NCBI GenBank assembly: GCA_022818785.1
Contig: CP063811.1
Location: 439,729-466,309 of the forward strand
DNA length: 26,581 nt
Direction of reading: 5' to 3'
Origin: Bacteroides sp.
GTDB lineage: Bacteria; Bacteroidota; Bacteroidia; G022818785
The position numbers were made by a program, and so were the translations under genes. Positions 17,520 through 26,581 of the stretch are shown piece by piece. The notes beneath the pieces are model-generated. The model saw only the letters and a list, made by a program, of their open reading frames with translations. It did not search any database and was not told where the DNA came from. How positions within the stretch are numbered: the first letter of the stretch is position 1; each line of letters begins with the position of its first letter.

Positions 17520-19205
17520 ATGATTAAAAAAAATATTTATACTGTTACAGCTGCTTTGCCATATGCTAATGGACCTATACATATAGGTCATATTGCAGGA
17601 GCATACCTTCCTGCCGATATTTATGTAAGATATTTAAGAATGCATAAAGATAATAAAGTTTTATTTATATCAGGGAGTGATGAACACGGGGCAGCTATCA
17701 CAATTCAATCTAATATAGAAAAATCAAATCCTAATGATTTAATTAATAAATATCATAATTTAAATAAAAAATCTTTTCAATCAATTGGTATATCTTTTGA
17801 TATATACTATCGTACCTCTTCTCCTTTACATCATGATTTTGCAAAAAAGATATTCATCAAATTATTTAATAATAATAATTTAATTGCCAAAGATAGTTAC
17901 CAATATTATGATATTCAATATAACCAATTTTTAGCTGATAGATATATTATTGGTAAATGTCCTAATTGTGATAACATCAAAGCATATGGGGATCAATGCG
18001 AACAATGTGGTACTACTTTTAGTAGTACAGATTTAATTAATCCTAATTCGATATTATCCAATACTAAACCTAGTATACGAAAAACAAAAAATTTATATCT
18101 CAATTTAGAATTATGGCAAGAATGGCTAGAAAAATGGATAAATAGTAAAAAAGATTTTTGGAAAAAAAATATTTATACTCAATGCAAAGGTTGGCTAGAT
18201 ATTGGATTAAAAGCACGTTCTGTTACTAGAGATCTTAATTGGGGAATTGAGGTTCCAATTAAAAATTATACTAACAAAAAATTATATGTATGGCTAGATG
18301 CGCCCATAGGATATATATCTGCAACTATACAATGGGGAATATATAATAATGAAAACTGGGAAATTTTTTGGAAATCAAAAAATGCTAAATTGATACAATT
18401 TATAGGTAAGGATAATATATTTTTTCATACTATAATTTTTCCTATAATATTAAAATCTTGTGATGATAATTATATATTGCCATATAATATACCATCTAAT
18501 GAGTTTATGACATTAGAGGGCAAAAAAATTTCTAAATCAAATAATCATGCAGTTTGGATACATCAATATGTTAAGGATATTCCTAATGGAGAGGATATGT
18601 TAAGATATGTTATAACATCATTATTGCCTGAAAATAAAGACAGTGAATTTACATGGGAAAAATTTCAAAAACATGTTAATAACGAATTAATAGCTATTTA
18701 TGGAAATTATATAAATAGAGTTATCGTTTTTATTAACAATAATTTCAATAATTGTATTCCTAAGATATCTAAAATAAATTCTCTTGATAAAGAAATCTTT
18801 AATAAGATAATTTCATTTAAAAACAAAATTGCTTTTTTAATAGAAAAATTTTACTTTAGAGATGCATTGAAAGAAATGATGAAAATAGCAAAATTAGGTA
18901 ATAAATATTTAAATGAAACTGAACCTTGGAATTTGTTAAAGACAGATTATAATAGGGCATGCACAATATTAAATATTAGCATTAATCTGGTAGTTAATTT
19001 AATTATAATATCTAGACCTTTTTTACCTTTTACTTCTTTGAAAATATTTAAAGTTTTAAATTTAAATCCTATTGATGATTGGGATGAAATTGGTAAAATG
19101 GATTTTTTAAAAAAGGGAGATATTATAAATAAATCTTTTATATTATTTGAAAAAATAACTAATAAAAAAGTTCTATTTCAAGTTGAAAAATTATACGCAA
19201 AATAG
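17520..19205 (+). CDS. metG: Methionine--tRNA ligase (no C-terminal tRNA-binding appendage)
   Basis: ALPYANGPIHIGH, GSDEHG, Zn knuckle CPNC...CEQC, YVWLDA, FIGKDN, KISKS. Confidence 0.97.
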   Translation: MIKKNIYTVTAALPYANGPIHIGHIAGAYLPADIYVRYLRMHKDNKVLFISGSDEHGAAITIQSNIEKSNPNDLINKYHNLNKKSFQSIGISFDIYYRTSSPLHHDFAKKIFIKLFNNNNLIAKDSYQYYDIQYNQFLADRYIIGKCPNCDNIKAYGDQCEQCGTTFSSTDLINPNSILSNTKPSIRKTKNLYLNLELWQEWLEKWINSKKDFWKKNIYTQCKGWLDIGLKARSVTRDLNWGIEVPIKNYTNKKLYVWLDAPIGYISATIQWGIYNNENWEIFWKSKNAKLIQFIGKDNIFFHTIIFPIILKSCDDNYILPYNIPSNEFMTLEGKKISKSNNHAVWIHQYVKDIPNGEDMLRYVITSLLPENKDSEFTWEKFQKHVNNELIAIYGNYINRVIVFINNNFNNCIPKISKINSLDKEIFNKIISFKNKIAFLIEKFYFRDALKEMMKIAKLGNKYLNETEPWNLLKTDYNRACTILNISINLVVNLIIISRPFLPFTSLKIFKVLNLNPIDDWDEIGKMDFLKKGDIINKSFILFEKITNKKVLFQVEKLYAK

Positions 19206-19212
19206 TATATTA

Positions 19213-19285
19213 GGTACCATAGCTCAGTAGGTAGAGCAAAGGACTGAAAATCCTTGTGTCGCTGGTTCGATTCCAGCTGGTACTA
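19213..19285 (+). tRNA. tRNA-Phe (GAA), CCA not encoded
   Basis: Cloverleaf: acceptor GGTACCA/TGGTACT plus discriminator A, D-arm GCTC/GAGC, anticodon arm AAGGA-CTGAAAA-TCCTT, T-arm GCTGG-TTCGATT-CCAGC. 73 nt, followed by TTT. Confidence 0.97.
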
Positions 19286-19305
19286 TTTAATATTTTAAAA
19301 CAGAT

Positions 19306-19656
19306 ATGTCTATAAAAATTACCAATGAATGTATAAATTGTGGGGCTTGCGAACCAGAATGTCCTAATAATGCAATATATGAGGGAAATATTTCTTGGAA
19401 TTACTCGAAAGGTACTTCTTTATCTAGCATAAATGATAGTATAAATGGAAATAAGATTGATTGTGATGTTATGCATAATCCTATATCCAATGATTTATAT
19501 TATATAGTTCCCGAAAAATGTACAGAATGTGTAGGATTTCATGAAGAACCACAATGTGCTGCTGTATGTCCTGTAGACTGTTGCATAAAAGATAATAACA
19601 ATATAGAAACTAAAGACTATCTTTTATCTAAAAAAAAATGGATGCATAATAAATAA
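19306..19656 (+). CDS. 2x[4Fe-4S] dicluster ferredoxin (Bacteroidota YfhL-like)
   Basis: CINCGACEPECP and CTECVGFHEEPQCAAVCPVDCC motifs. Confidence 0.93.
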   Translation: MSIKITNECINCGACEPECPNNAIYEGNISWNYSKGTSLSSINDSINGNKIDCDVMHNPISNDLYYIVPEKCTECVGFHEEPQCAAVCPVDCCIKDNNNIETKDYLLSKKKWMHNK

Positions 19657-19661
19657 ATAAA

Positions 19662-21398
19662 CTATATAGTACTTTGATAAGTAAATAATTTATAATATTG
19701 ACCTTTATTTTTCATGAGTAAATCATGATCTCCCTGTTCAATAACTTTTCCGCTATCTATAACAATTATTTGATCTGCTGATTTAACTGTAGCCAATCTA
19801 TGTGCTACTACTATAGTAGTTTTATTATATTTTAAATTTGATAAACTTTTTTGAATTAAAAATTCATTATATGTATCTAATGACGAAGTAGCTTCATCTA
19901 GAATATTAATTTTAGGATTTGCTAATATAGCTCTAGCTATTGATATTCTTTGTCTTTGGCCTCCAGATAATTTACTACCTCTTTCACCAATTATAGTATT
20001 AATGCCATTAGGTAATTTATCTAAAAATAGATCTACATATGATAAACGCAATGCGTTATCAATATCTTTGTTTGATGCATTTACGTTAGCAAGTTTTATA
20101 TTATCTTTTATAGTGCCATCAAATAAAAAATCATTTTGAAGCACTACACCAATGTATTTTCTATAATGATATAAATCAATATCTTTTAAATTATTACCAT
20201 CTATATATATATTTCCCTTAGTTGGCAATATAAGCCCTGCTATCATATAAGCGATACTTGTTTTGCCAGCTCCTGATGCACCAACTAATGCAGTAGTAGC
20301 ATTAGTTGGTATGTAAAAAGATATATTATTTAAAATTATTTTATTATCATAACTCAATGATACATTTTTAAAATGTATTTCCCCTTTAATATTATTTATT
20401 TTATATTTTTTATTATTGTTTTCAACAGTAATATCCATTATTTCTTCTACTCTATCGAGACCTGCTATAGATTCAGTAATTTGACTACCTATACTACTAA
20501 TTTGAATCATAGGAGTTATCATAAATCCTAAATACATGGTAAATGAAATGAAATCCCCTAATGTCATTTTATCATTAATGATCAAATAACTACCAAATCC
20601 CATAATCATTACAAGTGACAATCCTATTACTACTGTTATTATATTACTAATTATTGATGTAATAAGTAAACATTTTTTTACATTATTGAATAGATTTATT
20701 ACATGTTTCTTAAAAAATGATATTTCATGATTTTCTGCATTAAAACATTTAATAACATTTATACCATTTAAAGTTTCATTTAAACGACTTGTCATTTTAG
20801 ATTTCAAAATATTTTTTTCTCTAAAAATAGGTCTTATATAGATAAAAGATTTTAATGAAATAACAAAAAATATTATAATAGGTATTAATACATATAGAGC
20901 CATCAAATGATTAGTTCTAAATAATAGAATAAAACATATTATTATATTGAAAAATCCTCCTATGATATATACCAATCCAGTCCCTATAAAATTTTTAGCA
21001 CCTTCAACATCATTAATAATTCTCGATATTAATGATCCTGATGTATTACTATGAAAAAAACTTATTGGTAGTTGTAAAATCTTATTTAAAAGAGATATTC
21101 TTAATTCATATATAAGTTTTTGTGCATTAACACTTAATATTTTAGTTAATAAAAATGAAGATATGGCTTGTATTAATATTGCTATAACTACTAATAAAAT
21201 TATTAATTTTAACATTTTTATATTTTTATTAGGAATTACAACATCTATTATATATTTACTAGATCCCGGTATTATTAAACTACATATTTTATTAATTGTA
21301 ATTAATACAATACCTATAAATATATACATTTTCTTAGGTAGAATTATATTAAAGAATATACTTTTGATAGTGTTATTATAACTAGAATTAGTTTTCAT
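19662..21398 (-). CDS. ABC exporter half-transporter (fused TMD-NBD, MsbA/Sav1866 fold), substrate unknown
   Basis: Six-TM N-terminal half, Walker A GASGAGKT, Q-loop VLQND, signature LSGGQRQR, Walker B/D-loop ILDEATSSLD, H-loop AHRL. Confidence 0.92.
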   Translation of the reverse strand: MKTNSSYNNTIKSIFFNIILPKKMYIFIGIVLITINKICSLIIPGSSKYIIDVVIPNKNIKMLKLIILLVVIAILIQAISSFLLTKILSVNAQKLIYELRISLLNKILQLPISFFHSNTSGSLISRIINDVEGAKNFIGTGLVYIIGGFFNIIICFILLFRTNHLMALYVLIPIIIFFVISLKSFIYIRPIFREKNILKSKMTSRLNETLNGINVIKCFNAENHEISFFKKHVINLFNNVKKCLLITSIISNIITVVIGLSLVMIMGFGSYLIINDKMTLGDFISFTMYLGFMITPMIQISSIGSQITESIAGLDRVEEIMDITVENNNKKYKINNIKGEIHFKNVSLSYDNKIILNNISFYIPTNATTALVGASGAGKTSIAYMIAGLILPTKGNIYIDGNNLKDIDLYHYRKYIGVVLQNDFLFDGTIKDNIKLANVNASNKDIDNALRLSYVDLFLDKLPNGINTIIGERGSKLSGGQRQRISIARAILANPKINILDEATSSLDTYNEFLIQKSLSNLKYNKTTIVVAHRLATVKSADQIIVIDSGKVIEQGDHDLLMKNKGQYYKLFTYQSTI

Positions 21399-21401
21399 TA
21401 T

Positions 21402-22871
21402 TTAATACGATTTTGCAAATAAAACTCTCTTATTTGATTTAACTTTACTAATTATTGATTTTCCAGATAATTTTTCTTTATTATCAGCTATACATATAAT
21501 ACTAGCTTGGGTTTCGTTTTTTATTTTATTTTCAATTTCTTGAGATCCATCCCAATAAGACATTATCATACCTCCTTTACTATTTAAAGTTTTTTTTAAA
21601 TCATCATAATTATCTACAAAATGAGTATTATTTATCATATGATTTTTATTACGTTTATATAAATTGCTTTGTATTTCTTTTAATAAATTTTCTATTGTAG
21701 AAATTAATTCTTCTTTATAAATAGTCATTTTTTTTCTAGTATCTCTTCTAAATATTTCTAAAGTATTGTCTTGAAGATCATTAGGGCCTATTGTAATTCT
21801 GATAGGTACACCTTTTAATTCATAATGAGAAAATTTAAATCCTGGTCTATGATATTTTTTGTTATCATATATACTTGTTATATTAACCTTATTCAATTTT
21901 TCCATTATATTATTCGCTAAATGGGATATCTTATTAAATATAAGATCATTATCATATACTGGTATTATAACTACTTGCCAAGGTGCTAATTTAGGAGGCA
22001 ATACAAGTCCTTTATCATCAGAATGAGACATGATTAATGCGCCCATAAGTCTTGTAGATACCCCCCATGATGTTGACCATACATAATTATTATTATTATT
22101 TTGATCCAAAAATTTTACATCAAATGCTTTAGAAAATATTTGACCTAAAAAATGTGAAGTTCCCATTTGTAAAGATTTTTTATCTTGCATTAAACCTTCT
22201 ATGCAATAAGTTTCTATAGCTCCTGCAAATCTTTCTTTAGGTGTTTTAATGCCCATTATTGTTTCTATTGCCATCCAATTTTTAATAAAATCATTATATA
22301 TATTTCTCATTAAAATAGCTTCTTGAATAGCCTCTTCAGAAGAGGCATGTGCTGTATGGCCTTCTTGCCATAAAAATTCTGAAGTTCTTAAAAATAATCT
22401 TGTTCTAATTTCCCATCTAATTACATTAGACCATTGATTAATTAATAATGGAAGATCTTTATAAGATTTTATCCATTTTTTATATGTGTGCCATATTAAA
22501 GTTTCTGATGTAGGTCTTATGATTAATTCTTCTTTTAATTTAGAATTATCATCTATTAATATTTCATTATTAATACTTTTTAATTTAGAATGAGTTACTA
22601 CAGCACATTCTTTAGCAAATCCATCTATATGCTTAGATTCTTTTGATAAGAATGACTTAGGAATTAACAAAGGAAAATATGCATTTAAATGTCCTGTTTT
22701 TTTAAACATATTATCTAAAACAGCCTTTATTTTCTCCCATATAGCATAACCATATGGTTTAATAATCATACATCCTCTTATATCAGAATGTTCAGCTAAA
22801 TCTGCTTTAATGACTATATCATTATACCACTTTGAAAAATTAATGTTTTTATCAGAAATAAACTTCCCCAT
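21402..22871 (-). CDS. proS: Proline--tRNA ligase (archaeal/eukaryotic type, usual in Bacteroidota)
   Basis: RGCMIIKPYGYAIWE, RPTSE, RWE.RTRLFLRTSEFLWQEGH, SWGVSTR, C-terminal AKSY. Confidence 0.97.
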   Translation of the reverse strand: MGKFISDKNINFSKWYNDIVIKADLAEHSDIRGCMIIKPYGYAIWEKIKAVLDNMFKKTGHLNAYFPLLIPKSFLSKESKHIDGFAKECAVVTHSKLKSINNEILIDDNSKLKEELIIRPTSETLIWHTYKKWIKSYKDLPLLINQWSNVIRWEIRTRLFLRTSEFLWQEGHTAHASSEEAIQEAILMRNIYNDFIKNWMAIETIMGIKTPKERFAGAIETYCIEGLMQDKKSLQMGTSHFLGQIFSKAFDVKFLDQNNNNNYVWSTSWGVSTRLMGALIMSHSDDKGLVLPPKLAPWQVVIIPVYDNDLIFNKISHLANNIMEKLNKVNITSIYDNKKYHRPGFKFSHYELKGVPIRITIGPNDLQDNTLEIFRRDTRKKMTIYKEELISTIENLLKEIQSNLYKRNKNHMINNTHFVDNYDDLKKTLNSKGGMIMSYWDGSQEIENKIKNETQASIICIADNKEKLSGKSIISKVKSNKRVLFAKSY

Positions 22872-22945
22872 TCAATTAATATTTATTTAAAACTTTTTTT
22901 TGTAAAAAAAAAGTTTTTCTTTAAAAGAAAAAAATTAGAATTATA

Positions 22946-22953
22946 CAAATATA
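22946..22953 (-). promoter_or_regulatory. Putative Bacteroidota sigmaA -7 element (TATATTTG) for proS
   Basis: TAnnTTTG on the minus strand about 75 nt upstream of the proS ATG. Confidence 0.4.
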
Positions 22954-22958
22954 AATAG

Positions 22959-23618
22959 TTATAAGTGCTTTTCATAATTATAATTATTTATACATAATGC
23001 AATAATACAGTCTGAAAATATTATATAATAACTCTTTACATAAAAATTATAATTTTCGATTTTTGCATTTATAAAACCCAAAATAGATAAATTACCTTTT
23101 ATTAATGTAATATCATTTTTCAATGATTTTATCAAATTACTATAGCATTTATATATTGATTCTTTTACGGTCCAGTATAAATAAAAATGTAAAATATTTA
23201 TATTTTTTAACATTAAAAATTCATATTTATTTAAAAATTTTTTTACAGAATTTATTTTATTATTATAATTTATTACTTCAATATCAATTCCAATTTGATA
23301 TTGTTTACTTATAATTACAATTATATAATATTTTGAATGACTGATTGATATATTATATGTGCTATCTATAAAATATAATTTTCCATTTTTATCTGTAAAC
23401 AATAAATTAAACAAATGATTACTATTTAAAACTAATTTTATTAAAAATCTGCTTGTAAGCCATTCAATTTTTCTTTTATAATTATTAATATTTTTATATG
23501 TCGCATACTGATTTTTATTTAAATTTAAATCTTGCAAATCTATATTGTCAGATGATTCTATTTTCCATAAACCAATTTTAAATAAGTTGTTTATATTGTT
23601 ATTCAATATTAAAGACAT
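22959..23618 (-). CDS. 4'-phosphopantetheinyl transferase (Sfp-like)
   Basis: IGLWKI, NGKLY, ISISHS, IGIDIE, WTVKESIYK motifs. Confidence 0.88.
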   Translation of the reverse strand: MSLILNNNINNLFKIGLWKIESSDNIDLQDLNLNKNQYATYKNINNYKRKIEWLTSRFLIKLVLNSNHLFNLLFTDKNGKLYFIDSTYNISISHSKYYIIVIISKQYQIGIDIEVINYNNKINSVKKFLNKYEFLMLKNINILHFYLYWTVKESIYKCYSNLIKSLKNDITLIKGNLSILGFINAKIENYNFYVKSYYIIFSDCIIALCINNYNYEKHL

Positions 23619-25142
23619 TTACTTAATAAGTATATTACCTTTCATTTCAAAAGGTATATTCAAATTCATGATTTTTAATATAGTAGGTGCTATATCACAT
23701 AATCTACCTGATTCAATATGTTTAGCATCATTATGTAATAAGATTAATGGTGTCAAATTACAAGTATGCGTAGTATTAGACATTTTACTATTTAAATCAA
23801 ACATATATTCAGCATTTCCATGATCACTAATTATTAGTATTGTATATAAACATTTTATAGCATTTTTAATTGATTTTTCTAAAAATGAATCAACATGTTC
23901 TATTGCTTTTACAGTACTATGAAAATTTCCTGTATGACCAACCATATCTGGATTTGCTATATTAACGCATATAAAATTGTATTTATTACTATTAATAGAA
24001 TATGATAATTTTTTTTCGAGATTTGATATACTCATTTGAGGTATTAAATCATAACTCTTTACTGCAGGAGACGATATTGATACTCTATCTTCCTTTATAA
24101 AAGCATTATGTATCCCCCCTGAAAAAAAATATGTGACATGAGGAAATTTCTCAGATTCAGCTATACGTAATTGTGTCATATTATTTTGTGATAAAACTTC
24201 TCCTAGAGTCATTGGAACATTTTTTTTAGGAAAAATAATGTTAATGTTTTTGTATGTATCATTATAACATGTCATTGTATAGTAATTTAATTTCAAGGGC
24301 AACATTTTATTAACAGGAATTTGCGTCAATACTTCAGTAATCTGTCGAGTACGATCAGTTCTATAATTAAAAGATAAGACTATGTCATTATTATTTAAAG
24401 TAGATAAAGGATATCCTTCATTATTTTTAATTAATGGCAATATAAATTCATCTGTTTTTCCATTTGAATGAGAATTTTTAATGCTTTCAATAAAATTATT
24501 TGTTAAATGGCCCTTGCCATATACTAAAGCGTCATAAGCTATTTTAGTACGTTCCCATTTTTTATCTCTATCCATAGCATAGTATCTACCCATAACAGTA
24601 GATAATTTACCTACTGTATTTTTACATATATATTGAATACGTTGAATATGTTTTAAAGAGCTGTATTGATTATTATCTCTTCCATCTGTTATTGCATGTA
24701 TATATACATGATCAGATATATCATTTTTTTTTAAAATTTTTAAAATTGCTATTAAATGATTTATATGAGAATGCACTCCTCCATCAGATACTAAACCTAA
24801 TATATGCAATTTTTTGTTATGATTTTTAATTAATGATATAATATTGATTAAGCTTTCATTATAAATTAACTCGTTATATTTAATAGAATTATTAATTCTA
24901 ACTAAATCTTGATCAATTACTCTTCCTGACCCTATATTCATATGACCTACCTCTGAATTACCAAATTGATCATTAGGTAATCCTACATGTTGTCCGTGTG
25001 TTTTTAAAGTAGAATTAGGATAATTTTTATATAAATAATCATAAAATGGCGTTTTAGCCATGTATATAGCATTATTATTTATTTTTTCACCTATCCCCCA
25101 TCCATCTAATATGTATAATATAACTTTATTATTATGTATCAT
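23619..25142 (-). CDS. gpmI: 2,3-bisphosphoglycerate-independent phosphoglycerate mutase
   Basis: ILDGWG, GNSEVGH, SDGGVHSH, DGRD, GRYYAMDRD, ANPDMVGHTG, SDHGNAE, DIAPT. Confidence 0.97.
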   Translation of the reverse strand: MIHNNKVILYILDGWGIGEKINNNAIYMAKTPFYDYLYKNYPNSTLKTHGQHVGLPNDQFGNSEVGHMNIGSGRVIDQDLVRINNSIKYNELIYNESLINIISLIKNHNKKLHILGLVSDGGVHSHINHLIAILKILKKNDISDHVYIHAITDGRDNNQYSSLKHIQRIQYICKNTVGKLSTVMGRYYAMDRDKKWERTKIAYDALVYGKGHLTNNFIESIKNSHSNGKTDEFILPLIKNNEGYPLSTLNNNDIVLSFNYRTDRTRQITEVLTQIPVNKMLPLKLNYYTMTCYNDTYKNINIIFPKKNVPMTLGEVLSQNNMTQLRIAESEKFPHVTYFFSGGIHNAFIKEDRVSISSPAVKSYDLIPQMSISNLEKKLSYSINSNKYNFICVNIANPDMVGHTGNFHSTVKAIEHVDSFLEKSIKNAIKCLYTILIISDHGNAEYMFDLNSKMSNTTHTCNLTPLILLHNDAKHIESGRLCDIAPTILKIMNLNIPFEMKGNILIK

Positions 25143-25392
25143 TTTTTTTATATAAACTATTTACAGATATCATAATCTGATTTTTACATACTTTTAATAT
25201 TCCAAAATTTACTTCATAATTAACAAAAATATTGTTATCATATTTGATCTTTAATATTCCTACTCCTATTATTGCAATAATATTAGAATGATTTTGATAA
25301 ATACTAAAATATCCCTTTTCTCCAGGAACAGTAATATATTTAATATTATTATATTCGATTTTTTTAAATGGTAATAAAATTTCTAAATTCAT
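25132..25392 (-). CDS. atpC: ATP synthase F1 epsilon subunit (short, beta-sandwich only)
   Basis: MNLEILLP...VPGEKGYF.I..NH..I..., directly downstream of atpD. Overlaps the gpmI start by 11 bp. Confidence 0.88.
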   Translation of the reverse strand: MNLEILLPFKKIEYNNIKYITVPGEKGYFSIYQNHSNIIAIIGVGILKIKYDNNIFVNYEVNFGILKVCKNQIMISVNSLYKKNDT

Positions 25393-25397
25393 TATTA

Positions 25398-26581
<1,184 letters not shown>

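Noticed and set aside
547-23823. Short ORFs in the track lying antisense to real genes (547-750, 4363-4548, 5123-5323, 10336-10542, 10553-10975, 11171-11362, 11660-11878, 11963-12175, 12792-13136, 14836-15132, 15343-15603, 16709-17053, 17391-17591, 21163-21381, 23123-23314, 23545-23823)
   Set aside because: All lie largely or wholly opposite well-supported genes, have no recognisable motifs, and are typical shadow ORFs.
25132-25392. Short atpC, and atpD-atpC apparently separate from the other atp genes, as signs of decay
   Set aside because: A short epsilon subunit and a separate atpD-atpC unit are normal in many Bacteroidota.

Overview
Very AT-rich (roughly 20% GC by eye, not computed), gene-dense segment of a strongly reduced Bacteroidota genome, most likely an obligate host-associated symbiont. 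Recalled GroEL and AtpD signatures look Sphingobacteriia/Cytophagia-like rather than Flavobacteriales-like. The window holds 24 housekeeping-type CDSs: ftsH (partial), yidC, a Wzx-like flippase, mutS, lipB, folA, a small KOW-Smr protein, gapA, groES, groEL, ffh, secG, a DUF2795 protein, queA, dapD, cca, metG, a 2x[4Fe-4S] ferredoxin, an ABC half-transporter, proS, a PPTase, gpmI, atpC and atpD (partial). It also holds two RNA genes absent from the ORF track: SRP 4.5S RNA and tRNA-Phe(GAA). No mobile elements, CRISPR arrays or obvious pseudogenes were seen. The best leads are (i) a stand-alone 150-aa KOW+Smr protein with intact DLH/HGxG motifs, a possible minimal ATPase-free ribosome-collision nuclease, whose stop codon overlaps the SRP RNA by 1 nt; (ii) a sigma54-like promoter with phased TGTCA sites upstream of groESL; and (iii) a DUF2795 protein of unknown function that has escaped the AT-driven erosion seen in its neighbours.
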